From positions 1-38,554 of the forward strand of contig CAYFQS010000001.1 in NCBI GenBank assembly GCA_964345245.1: a stretch of DNA of 38,554 nt. Direction: 5' to 3'. The notes under the pieces were generated by a model. The model was not told the origin of the DNA, ran no database searches, and saw only the letters and a list, made by a program, of their open reading frames with translations. The stretch comes from an uncultured Planctomycetaceae bacterium (GTDB lineage Bacteria > Planctomycetota > Phycisphaerae > Phycisphaerales > Zrk34). The translations under genes and the position numbers were made by a program. Positions 9,056 through 17,339 of the stretch are shown here, one piece after another (the first letter of the stretch is position 1; each line of letters begins with the position of its first letter).

Positions 9056-10531
9056 TCACTCGGCCCGCTGCTGCTCGGCCTGGTAGCGTTGCTGCTCTCT
9101 TCTACGACGAATCTCGGGGTCGCGGTTCACATCCAGCCACAGTTCCGTCACGTCCGAGGGCAGATAGAACCGCTCGTTGTCGTCACTGGCGTAAAGATTC
9201 TGCAGCACGTCCTGCCAGAGGCGGTTGCGGATGATCCGCGGATTGTTCTCGTATTGGGGCAGCAACTTCTCGAATCGGTCGACCTCGCCCCGCACCGACT
9301 CTTTGGCCGCGGTGCGGTAGTTGATCGCCTCCTCGATGGGCGGCTTGACGTTGCCGCTGACCTGGTCGCTGCGGAGCAGTTCGGCGATCCGCTCATCGGC
9401 CGCGGCCACGGCGTCGGCGTCGTCCGCGGCCCGGGCCCGCTCGTACTGCTCGACCGCGTCGACCAGCATCGTGTAAGCCGTGCCCGCGGTGGAGCTGAGA
9501 ATCTTCGTCGCCTCCTGCCGGGCCTGCTCGATCTGGTCGGCCTGCTCGGCCTCGGCCTGGCTCACCGCCTGGAAGGCGTCCCGCACCGCCAGCGGCGGCG
9601 TGGGCTGGCTCAACAGCACCTGGCTCACGGTGATCCCGGTTTCCATGTTGTCCAGTTCCGCCTGCATGGCTCGGCGGGCGGCGTCACGATTCACGTTCGC
9701 CGCCACGAAATCATCCGCTGTCGTCTGGGCCACCACCTTCACGATCCCCTCTTCCGCGGCATGGCGCACGAGCGACGCGGCCCGCCCCATCGGCTCCGGA
9801 GCTTCGCCCAGGCCGACATAGCGGGCAAAGGCCACCGCGTCGCGCGGCAGAATCTGGTACTCGATTGTCCATTGGCCATGCACAATGTTCTTGTCGCCGG
9901 TGAGCAGGGAACCGTCCTGCCCCGGCGCCAGCCCGCCGGCGGGGGTGCCGAGTTCCTCCAGCGTCTTCGTTTCGTCCCCGGGGCGGAGTTGGAACCAGAA
10001 CGCCTCGTCGAGATTCACCTTCTGCACGCGGGTGGAGATGATGATCTTCTCATCGATCGGCTCGGGCCAGGCGAAGTGCCAGCCGGGTTCGTAGGTTCGC
10101 GGGATCAGTTCGCCCTGGGCGTTGGTCTCGCCGACCACGGCCCCGAAGTGGAGTCGCATGCCCACCTGCCCTTCCTCGACTTCGAAGAACCCGGAGAGCA
10201 GGAACCACGCCACGAGGGCGACCATGATGATCTGCAGCACCACGAAGCTGATCCGCAGGGCCTCGGCCAGCGAACGGTTGGCCGGGTCCAGCTCATCGAC
10301 ATCCAGCGGCTCGCCGCTGCCGAGGTGCTGGGGATGAGCGTGGGCGTCGTCGGAGGCGTGCAGGTCGTGGCCGTGAGCATGCTCGCTCGGCGGCTCGCCG
10401 GCCTGGAAGTGCTCGTGCTGCTGCACCGGCTCTTCCGGGACCGGCTTGCCCGCCTGGTCCGGACCGTCGCCCTCGCCCCGGCCTTCGCCCTGGTGATGTG
10501 CCTGGTCGTGTTCGTGCTGGTTATCGTTCAT
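9056..10531 (-). CDS. SPFH/band-7 protein, HflK-like, with a His-rich N-terminal tail
   Basis: One TM (FVVLQIIMVALVAWFLLSGFF) followed by an SPFH entry (EVEEGQVGMRLHFGAVVGE...GWHFAWP) and a long helical C-terminal region. ATG 10531 is preferred (GGAAG 5 nt upstream); the ORF-track start at 10543 is a GTG. Confidence 0.85.
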   Translation of the reverse strand: MNDNQHEHDQAHHQGEGRGEGDGPDQAGKPVPEEPVQQHEHFQAGEPPSEHAHGHDLHASDDAHAHPQHLGSGEPLDVDELDPANRSLAEALRISFVVLQIIMVALVAWFLLSGFFEVEEGQVGMRLHFGAVVGETNAQGELIPRTYEPGWHFAWPEPIDEKIIISTRVQKVNLDEAFWFQLRPGDETKTLEELGTPAGGLAPGQDGSLLTGDKNIVHGQWTIEYQILPRDAVAFARYVGLGEAPEPMGRAASLVRHAAEEGIVKVVAQTTADDFVAANVNRDAARRAMQAELDNMETGITVSQVLLSQPTPPLAVRDAFQAVSQAEAEQADQIEQARQEATKILSSTAGTAYTMLVDAVEQYERARAADDADAVAAADERIAELLRSDQVSGNVKPPIEEAINYRTAAKESVRGEVDRFEKLLPQYENNPRIIRNRLWQDVLQNLYASDDNERFYLPSDVTELWLDVNRDPEIRRRREQQRYQAEQQRAE

Positions 10532-10580
10532 GTCCGCTTCCACTCGCGGTCAGGGGTCCATCCGATTCGCCAACCGTCGT

Positions 10581-11561
10581 TTACTCGACGGCGTCATCCG
10601 CCTCGTCGCCGATCTCCGCGGGACCGAGTCCCGTCTCCTGCTCCTCGAACAGATCGAACGGAGCGATCTCCGTGTCGAGCAGGAAGGTGGTGTTCTTCTC
10701 CAGCGTCTGCTCCAGGGCCTCAAGGTTCCTCAGGAAGATCGCGAAGTCCTGGTTCTGCCGGAAGGCCGCGTAATACTCGGCGGCGGCCTCATCGCCCTCG
10801 GCCCGGATCGACTCGGCGAGCCGGTTGGCGAAGGACATGATCCGCCGACTGCGGCTGTCGGCCTTGGCCTGGATGTCGTTGGCGATCGCGTCGCCTTCCG
10901 ACCGCGCCCGCTGGGCCAGTCGCTGACGCGTGCTCCGCATCCGGTTGAACACCTTCTCCGTGACCGGCTGGGGCAGGATGATCTGCTTGATGCCCACCGC
11001 CTTGACCGCGATCCCGTAGTTCTGCTTCGCCGTCCCGCCGCGGTCGGGCCCCGTGATATCGGACTGGAGCCGCTGCTTGATCGCCTCCTCGGCCTTGTCG
11101 AGGGCCAGCTTCTCCGCCGAGACGTTCGTGAGCTGATCGAAGGTGAAGTTGCCGATTTCGGCCCGGGCGTCGCGCAGCCGCTCGCGCAGCCGCGCCTCCG
11201 CCTCGTCGGCGTTGCGGAGCGTGCGGAAGAAGGCGAGCGGCTCGTCGATCTGCCACGCCACGTACGCCCGGATCACCACGTCCTGCTTGTCCTTCGTCTG
11301 CTGTTCTTCGAGGCGATCATCGAGCACGCGAACCCGCGCGTCGTACTTGACCACCTTCTGGATCGGCCACGGCCACTTCCAGTGCAGGTTGCCGAACACG
11401 CCGCCGGCCTGCTCGTCGCCGAATTTCACCGCGCCGGATTCGGCCTTGCCAAAGGTCGTGACTACCGCCACCTCGTCAAAGCTCACCTGGTACGTGACCA
11501 TGTACCCCACAAGCACGAGCAGGATGAGCAGGGCAAGGATCAGGATCGATTTGTTCTTCAT
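10581..11561 (-). CDS. SPFH/band-7 protein, HflC-like
   Basis: N-terminal TM ILILALLILLVLVGYMV, then SFDEVAVVTTFGK...HWKWPWPIQKVVKYDARV, then an HflC-like C-terminus EYYAAFRQNQDFAIFLRNLEAL. Confidence 0.85.
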   Translation of the reverse strand: MKNKSILILALLILLVLVGYMVTYQVSFDEVAVVTTFGKAESGAVKFGDEQAGGVFGNLHWKWPWPIQKVVKYDARVRVLDDRLEEQQTKDKQDVVIRAYVAWQIDEPLAFFRTLRNADEAEARLRERLRDARAEIGNFTFDQLTNVSAEKLALDKAEEAIKQRLQSDITGPDRGGTAKQNYGIAVKAVGIKQIILPQPVTEKVFNRMRSTRQRLAQRARSEGDAIANDIQAKADSRSRRIMSFANRLAESIRAEGDEAAAEYYAAFRQNQDFAIFLRNLEALEQTLEKNTTFLLDTEIAPFDLFEEQETGLGPAEIGDEADDAVE

Positions 11562-11636
11562 GGTGCTGCTGGCTCCGTCAAACGTCTGTCACTCGTCCGG
11601 GGGCTTCCGGCCCACGGGCCTCATGTACGATGGATG

Positions 11637-11659
11637 CGCCCCGGCCCGAGGCCGGGGCG
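11637..11659. other. Perfect 10-bp GC hairpin (CGCCCCGGCC-cga-GGCCGGGGCG) in the 109-nt gap between the first and second SPFH genes
   Basis: Read directly. It lies 12 nt downstream of the stop of the 699-aa gene and has no U-run. It could act as an intra-operon attenuator or an mRNA-stabilising structure. Confidence 0.6.
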
Positions 11660-11670
11660 GTTGTCTTCAA

Positions 11671-13770
11671 TCATTCCCCGAGGTCCAGCGTGTCGAATCC
11701 GCCGGACACGTCCTTGAAATCGAACCGCAGGATCAGCCGATCGCGGTCGGCGACGAGCATGTACTTGCGGGCGTCGACGGTGGAATCGGCGAGCACTTCG
11801 AGATAGCGGCGCATCTTATAGAACTGCGGCGCCGCCCGGTACGCCAGCAGTTCCTTGTCGAACCGCTCCGCCTTGCTGCGCTCGAGGTTTTCCCGTTCCC
11901 AGCGATAGGCCAGGGCGTCCTGAATCTCGGTCGCGGCTTCGCCCCCGGCCTCGCGCAGCAGCCCTTCGATCTTCGCCCCGAGGGCGTCGACTTCCGGATC
12001 GTCGATCGCGCGATCGCGGAGCAACCGATTGTACTGCTCGATCAGGTCGACAAGCTGCGCGGCCTGGGCGACCGAGCCGGCCACCTCGACCTGCCGGCGG
12101 ATCGCCTCCTGCCTCGCCTCCTCGATCGCCGTCTGGCGTTCCTGCTGGGCGCCGACCGTTTCGTGGAACGCCTCGGCAACCTCCTTCGGCGGGTGCACGC
12201 TCTGCACCGTCATCGCCTCGACCTGCACGCCGAGTTGCTGGCGGTCGACTTCGGCCTGAATCCGTTCACGGAGCACCTCGCTCGCCTCGGCCCGGCCGGT
12301 CCCGATCAACTCGTCCACGTCGTGGGCCAGCAGGTAGCGGTTGAACTCCTGCACCGCGAGGTCGCCGAGCATCTGGTCGGCGTCGGCGTAGTGACGCACG
12401 TAGTCGACCAGCCCGCCTTCCTTGATGCGGTATTGCAGCGTGACCTCGGCGTTGACGATCGACACCGAGGGGATGCCCGCCTCCTGGTCATCCCCATCCC
12501 CGGCCTGATCGCCGTCCACCTGGACCACGATCTTCTCTTCGCCCCCCTCCCCTTCCAGGGTCAGGTCCTTCGGCAGCGCCACAATCAGCATGGCGGGCTT
12601 GCCCTCAAGGTGCTCGTTCGACCAGAGGATCGGCACGCCGGGTTTCAAATCCGGCTGGTCGCCCACTCTGATCGTGCGGAGCTTGGTCACGTCGAAGGCC
12701 CGGACACGAGCGATCGGCCAGGGCAGTTTCACGTGCAGGCCGGGCGCCAGCGGCTGTTGCTCGATCTGCCCGAACCGGGTCATCACGGCCTGCTGATGGG
12801 GCTCGACGATCACGAACAGCGAAGTAAGCCACAGCAGAAACGCGCCACACAGGACCAGCCAGGTGAACGAGCGGGACAGAAGCTGCCAGAACCAGCTCCG
12901 GGTGATCTCGAAGCCGAACTGGTAGTTGATCGCCTCGTTGATCGTCTTGGCGATCGACTCGGGTGTGGTGAGCAGCGAGAGCAGTCGGCTGTCGAACGCG
13001 GGGCGGGGGATTTCATTCGGCCGACGGGGCCGGTAGATATCCAGCAGGAAGTTCAGCGCCATCTCGATGCCGATGAGCACCATGAACACGGGGATGATGA
13101 TGGCCAGGGAGCGGATGACGGCGGGCACTTCCCACACCGCGAAGCCGAACCCGGCGATGAGGGCGAGGAGGATGATCACGGAGGCCATGACGTACCCCGC
13201 CCCGCCGCGGAGCAGTTGCCATTCACGAACGTTGGCCATGCCCGCGAGGTAGCGGCTGACGAGGAAGCCGATGAACGCGAGCCCGACGCTGACCGCGATG
13301 GGCAGGCCGAGGCCCCGGGGCACGGCGACGGCGGCCCCGGGCCAGTCGGGCTCAGCGGCGAACACGTCGAGATAAGGCAAGAACCGCCACAGTCCCACTC
13401 CCATCAGGTAGAAGCTCGTGATGAGCGAAACGATGGGCAACAGCCACTTGTACAGCAGCGTCAGACGGCGGCGATGGACGGACAGATCCTCGGCGGTGGT
13501 TTCGAAGAGACTGCTGTCCGAGCCATGTCGCTCGGCGATCTGTTCGGCCTCGAGGGCCTCGATGCGTTCGAGCTTGTGCTGCTGGTAGATGATCGCCAGG
13601 GCGATCCACAGCGCCAGGCCGCCGAAGGCCTGCCACGTGGCGGCGACCACGGCCGCGTTCTGCGACCACAGGCCCATGATCAGCAGCGCTACCGCGATGA
13701 CAATCTGCACGCCCAGTCCGAGCAGCGCCCCGGTCACGGCACGCTGATACGTTTGCTGGTCTTGACTCAT
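11671..13770 (-). CDS. Polytopic membrane domain (~330 aa) fused to an HflK-like SPFH domain
   Basis: The N-terminal part has multiple TM helices. Then comes VMTRFGQIEQQPLAPGLHVKLPWPIARV, then NAEVTLQYRI...VQSVHPPKEVAEAFHETVGAQQE, and an HflK-like tail LLAYRAAPQFYKMRRYLEVL. SD AAGGAAG lies 7 nt upstream of the ATG. Confidence 0.85.
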   Translation of the reverse strand: MSQDQQTYQRAVTGALLGLGVQIVIAVALLIMGLWSQNAAVVAATWQAFGGLALWIALAIIYQQHKLERIEALEAEQIAERHGSDSSLFETTAEDLSVHRRRLTLLYKWLLPIVSLITSFYLMGVGLWRFLPYLDVFAAEPDWPGAAVAVPRGLGLPIAVSVGLAFIGFLVSRYLAGMANVREWQLLRGGAGYVMASVIILLALIAGFGFAVWEVPAVIRSLAIIIPVFMVLIGIEMALNFLLDIYRPRRPNEIPRPAFDSRLLSLLTTPESIAKTINEAINYQFGFEITRSWFWQLLSRSFTWLVLCGAFLLWLTSLFVIVEPHQQAVMTRFGQIEQQPLAPGLHVKLPWPIARVRAFDVTKLRTIRVGDQPDLKPGVPILWSNEHLEGKPAMLIVALPKDLTLEGEGGEEKIVVQVDGDQAGDGDDQEAGIPSVSIVNAEVTLQYRIKEGGLVDYVRHYADADQMLGDLAVQEFNRYLLAHDVDELIGTGRAEASEVLRERIQAEVDRQQLGVQVEAMTVQSVHPPKEVAEAFHETVGAQQERQTAIEEARQEAIRRQVEVAGSVAQAAQLVDLIEQYNRLLRDRAIDDPEVDALGAKIEGLLREAGGEAATEIQDALAYRWERENLERSKAERFDKELLAYRAAPQFYKMRRYLEVLADSTVDARKYMLVADRDRLILRFDFKDVSGGFDTLDLGE

Positions 13771-13853
13771 TGAGCGTCTTCCTTACGGCTGCGACATCCG
13801 CCGCGGCTCATCCGGCCGCGGATGGTCTTCCGCTATACCAGTCCCCGGATGCT

Positions 13854-14005
13854 GAAACTCCAAACCCGAAATCCAAAACCCGTAACGTGTGTGGCCGAGG
13901 ATGAGTCCGGGATGCGAACCACCCCCTCTGACCGAACGTCGCGGCCCCGCGACACCATCGCGGGCTTGACACACGCGGTTGCCTTCGTCGCTTTGCGATT
14001 CGGCG
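13854..14005 (+). repeat. Copy A of the heptamer-armed repeat family (degenerate right arm), in the divergent intergenic region
   Basis: The left arm gaaactccaaacccgaaatccaaaacccgtaacg matches copy B's left arm at 29 of 34 positions. The internal blocks ctctgac, gcccc(g/a)cga, ccatcg(c/t)(g/c)ggcttgacac and gtcgctt are shared in the same order. The right arm has decayed to tgcgattcggcg. Confidence 0.65.
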
Positions 14006-14029
14006 CGACCCGCGGCAGTGCTTTTTGCG

Positions 14030-14035
14030 TATCAT
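14030..14035 (+). promoter_or_regulatory. -10-like hexamer TATCAT, 7 nt upstream of ATG 14043
   Basis: Reads gcgTATCATgtccaccATG, with no SD. The geometry matches that at 21458, 20157 and 28811. Confidence 0.4.
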
Positions 14036-14042
14036 GTCCACC

Positions 14043-15035
14043 ATGTGGACTCAACTGTGGACTATCGTTCGAAACACGTTCACCGAGTCGATCCGGCAAC
14101 CGGTATTCACCGTGCTGCTGCTCGTGATCGGCCTGGCGCTGGTGCTCAACCCGTCGCTCTCGGCTTACACCTTCGATGACGACAACAAGATTCTCATCGA
14201 CATGGGCCTGAGCACGATTCTGATCGGCGGGTTGCTGCTCGCGGCGTTCACCGCCGCGGGCGTGCTCAGCCGCGAGATCAGCAACAAAACGGTCCTCACC
14301 GTGATCAGCAAGCCCATCGGCCGGCCGACCTTCGTGGTGGGCAAGTTCCTCGGCGTGACCGCGGCCATCGTCATGGCCTGCTGGATCTGGGCCGTGGTCT
14401 TCCTGCTCACCGTCCGCCACGGCGTGATGTCCACCGCCGCCGACGCCTACGACATGCCGGTGATCCTCTTCGGCCTCGGCGCGGCGGGCGTCGCCTTCGC
14501 CATCGCGGTCTGGGGCAACTACTTCTACGGCTGGGTGTTCACCTCCACCCTCAACATCGGCCTCGCGGCGGGCATCACCATCGCGTACCTCTTCGTGCTC
14601 GTGATCGGCGAGGAGTGGCAGTTCCAGGCCGTCACCGCCGAGTTCACCAAGAACATCGAGGAAGAGGGCAGTCTCCTGCAACTCATGATCGCGGTTTTGC
14701 TGGTCATCGAGGCGCTGGTCGTGCTGTGCGCGGTGGCGGTGGCGGCCTCGACCCGGCTGGGTCAGATCATGACCCTCGTCATCTGCGCCACCGTGTTCTT
14801 CATGGGGCTCGGGGCGGATTACATGTTCGGCCGATTCGCCGACAGCGACCTGCTCGCCGCGCTGTTCTATCACCTGCTGCCCAATCTTCAGCCGCACTGG
14901 CTCGCCGACGCCCTGACCCAGCGGAATCCGGTGGGGGCGGGCTACATCGGACTGGTCAGCGCCTACACCGCGCTGTACGCCACCGCGGTGCTCGGCATCG
15001 CCGCCGCTCTGTTCCAGACCCGGGAGACGGGCTGA
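14043..15035 (+). CDS. ABC-2-type permease (stand-alone), divergent from the SPFH operon
   Basis: Hallmark LSREISNKTVLTVISKPIGRPTFVVGKFLGV, with TM helices throughout. ATG 14043 (MWTQLWT) is chosen on promoter geometry; TTG 14025 and ATG 14034 are alternatives. Confidence 0.75.
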   Translation: MWTQLWTIVRNTFTESIRQPVFTVLLLVIGLALVLNPSLSAYTFDDDNKILIDMGLSTILIGGLLLAAFTAAGVLSREISNKTVLTVISKPIGRPTFVVGKFLGVTAAIVMACWIWAVVFLLTVRHGVMSTAADAYDMPVILFGLGAAGVAFAIAVWGNYFYGWVFTSTLNIGLAAGITIAYLFVLVIGEEWQFQAVTAEFTKNIEEEGSLLQLMIAVLLVIEALVVLCAVAVAASTRLGQIMTLVICATVFFMGLGADYMFGRFADSDLLAALFYHLLPNLQPHWLADALTQRNPVGAGYIGLVSAYTALYATAVLGIAAALFQTRETG

Positions 15036-15247
15036 TCCAGACCCGCAATCATCGCAAGCCGGGGGCGGACCGATCGCGGCCCAAGGTCGTGTCGAGGCCG
15101 ACGGTGGCGCCCAGCAATTCACAAGCTGCATGAGCCGGCGACGGGGGGCGCGGTTCTCCCCTGCCTTCCGGGGCATGGGGGAAACGGGATGTTGAACGGT
15201 CCACTTGTTCACGTGCTTCGCTGAACGATTCCGATTCGGACTTAGTT

Positions 15248-17218
15248 TCACGCCATCGCGGGTGTGGCGGGCATGGAGGGCACGGCGTCGGCCTTCGTCG
15301 CCGTGCCTGCCGGCGGGGCGGCGTTCTCGACGTGCTCGATGCCCTCGCCTTCGCGCACCAGCCGCGCGGAGTTGAAGATCACCACCAGCGAACTGACCAT
15401 GTGCAGCAGCACCGCGATGATCGGCCCGTACTCGCCGAACACGCCCATCGCCACCAGCGAGAGCATAGCCACGATGAAGATCACCGAGAAGATCAGGTTC
15501 TGCCGCACCACCCCGATCGTCCGCCGCGACAGTTGCAGCAGGAAGGGGATGCGGTTGAGGTTGTTGTTCATCAGGGCGATGGACGCGGAGTGAATGGCCA
15601 CGTCGGAGCCGGCGGCGCCCATGGCGATGGAGATATCGCCCGCCGCGAGGGCCGGGGCGTCGTTCACCCCGTCGCCGATGACCGCCACCGTGTGGCCCTG
15701 GCCCCGCAGCTCGTCCACGAGCTCGAGCTTCTCCGCGGGCAGGACCTCGGCCTGCACGTCGGTGCAGTGCATCTCGTTGGCCACCCGGCGGGCGACAGAC
15801 CACCGGTCGCCGGTCACCATCACGAGCTTCTTGATGTCCAGGCCCCGCAGTGTATCCATGGCCCGGGCGGCGTCGGGACGGGTCTTATCCTCGAGCCCGA
15901 CCCAGCCGAGCAATCGCCCGCCCTTCGTCACGTAGAGCAACGACAAACCCTCGGCGGAATCGGCGTCGACGGCGTCGGTGTTCACGCCGCGCTCGGCGAC
16001 CCAGGTTTCACGGCCGACGAGCACCTCCTCGCCGTCCACCGTCGCCCGCACGCCCTTGCCGGACGTCTCTTCGAATTCGTCCGGCGTGGCGAGCGTCAGC
16101 CGGGCCCGCTGGGCGACTTCGACCACGGCCCGGGCGACGGGGTGGCGGGAGCTCTGCTCCGCCGCGGCCGCGGCCGCGAGCAGTTCCGCCCCGTCCACGC
16201 CCTCGGCCGGCTGCATCCGCGTGACCGAAAGCTGCCCCGTGGTCAGCGTGCCCGTCTTGTCGAAGACAATGGCGGTGAGGTTCCGCGCCACTTCAAGGTC
16301 GGTGACCTTCTTGACCAGCACGCCCAGCCGCGCCGCCGCCGACAGCGACGCCACCATCGCGGTGGGCATGGCGAGGATGATCGCGCAGGGACAGGCGATC
16401 ACGAGCATGGCGATGGCCCGGCTCATGTCGCCGGTGAACCAGAACACGATCGCCGCGAGCATCAGGATGGTCGGGGTGTACCAGCCGGCGTAACGGTCGA
16501 TCAGCCGCATGATCGGCGTGCGGGTCTGCTCGGCCTGGAGGATCAGCTCCTGCACCCGGCCGAGCGTCGTGTCCTTGCCCGCCTTGGTGATCTCGATCTC
16601 CATCATGCCGGTCAGGTTGATCGTCCCGCCGAACACTTCGTCGCCCGCGTTCTTGTCCGCCGGCAGCGACTCCCCGGTGATGTTGGCCTGATTCACCGTC
16701 GAGGCGCCGGAGACGATGCGGCCGTCGCCGGGGATGTTGTCGCCCGGCCGAACGCGAACCTTCTCGCCCGGTCGCAGGTCCGCCGCGTCGACTTCCGTCT
16801 CGCCCGCGTCGGTGAGCTTGGTCGCCCGGGTGGGGGTGATGCGGACGAGCGACTCGATCGACCGCCTCGCCCCGAGGGCGGTGCGATGCTCGATGAGCGT
16901 CGAGATGATCATGAAGAAGGCGATGGCCCCGGCTTCGAGGTACGAGCCGGTCGCGAAGGCGGCGATGACCGCGAGGGCGGCGAGTTCGTCCATGTGGGTG
17001 TGGCCGTGGTAGAGGTCCTGCACCGCCCGCCAGACCAGCGGGGCCCCGAGCAGGATCGCGGCGACCATGCCCATCAAGCTCCCGAGGTCGTTGTGGTAAA
17101 AGAGTTTAGCGACCAGGGCGGTGACCAGAAGCGTCCCCCCGCTGAAGGTCGCGATGATCTGAACGCTCGCCCGCCCCGTCTGGGCCTCGACCATATCGTG
17201 CATGTGTTCGTGTGCCAT
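15248..17218 (-). CDS. P1B-type heavy-metal-translocating P-type ATPase without an N-terminal HMA domain
   Basis: TGES-type loop ITGESLP, transmembrane CPC (VIACPCAIILAMPTA), phosphorylation site FDKTGTLT, hinge GDGVNDAPAL. Four TM helices precede the actuator domain. The N-terminus is MAHEHMHD. SD GAAGG lies 5 nt upstream. Confidence 0.92.
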   Translation of the reverse strand: MAHEHMHDMVEAQTGRASVQIIATFSGGTLLVTALVAKLFYHNDLGSLMGMVAAILLGAPLVWRAVQDLYHGHTHMDELAALAVIAAFATGSYLEAGAIAFFMIISTLIEHRTALGARRSIESLVRITPTRATKLTDAGETEVDAADLRPGEKVRVRPGDNIPGDGRIVSGASTVNQANITGESLPADKNAGDEVFGGTINLTGMMEIEITKAGKDTTLGRVQELILQAEQTRTPIMRLIDRYAGWYTPTILMLAAIVFWFTGDMSRAIAMLVIACPCAIILAMPTAMVASLSAAARLGVLVKKVTDLEVARNLTAIVFDKTGTLTTGQLSVTRMQPAEGVDGAELLAAAAAAEQSSRHPVARAVVEVAQRARLTLATPDEFEETSGKGVRATVDGEEVLVGRETWVAERGVNTDAVDADSAEGLSLLYVTKGGRLLGWVGLEDKTRPDAARAMDTLRGLDIKKLVMVTGDRWSVARRVANEMHCTDVQAEVLPAEKLELVDELRGQGHTVAVIGDGVNDAPALAAGDISIAMGAAGSDVAIHSASIALMNNNLNRIPFLLQLSRRTIGVVRQNLIFSVIFIVAMLSLVAMGVFGEYGPIIAVLLHMVSSLVVIFNSARLVREGEGIEHVENAAPPAGTATKADAVPSMPATPAMA

Positions 17219-17339
17219 AATTGCCTTCGTCGAAAAAGTCGACTACCTCTCGATGACAATCGCCCCTGGCTGAATCGAGCCCCGGAAGTGACTCGTATCC
17301 TACGCCGTGTCCGCGGGTTCGGTTCGGGAAGAATCGAAC

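Noticed and set aside
7691-10840. Very long ORFs antisense to, or out of frame with, the called genes. Examples: 7691-10840(+) 1049 aa, 11143-13773(+), 13833-15803(-), 15332-17554(+), 22725-24599(-), 23120-24733(+) upstream part, 28776-30830(-), 31784-33535(-) and 36311-38107(-).
   Set aside because: Their translations are Arg/Gly/Pro/Ala/His-rich low-complexity sequence with no recognisable motifs. Each overlaps a frame that carries clear family signatures and strong third-position G+C. Such shadow ORFs are expected in high-GC DNA.
13982-13993. A 12-nt identity, CCTTCGTCGCTT, shared between 13982-13993 and 21434-21445, with CCTTCGTCG again at 17224-17232. I considered it as a -35-like promoter motif.
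   Set aside because: The spacing to the downstream TATCAT differs (36 vs 12 nt). The third copy is on the opposite strand relative to its gene, where it simply forms the GAAGG Shine-Dalgarno. I cannot distinguish it from chance or from part of repeat copy A.
17219-17339. pheS is not followed by pheT. I also looked for a MerR/ArsR-type operator palindrome upstream of the P1B ATPase.
   Set aside because: Separated pheS and pheT occur in several phyla and are not informative on their own. Only 4-bp inverted arms (CGAT...ATCG) and a GTCGA direct repeat were seen, too weak to call an operator.
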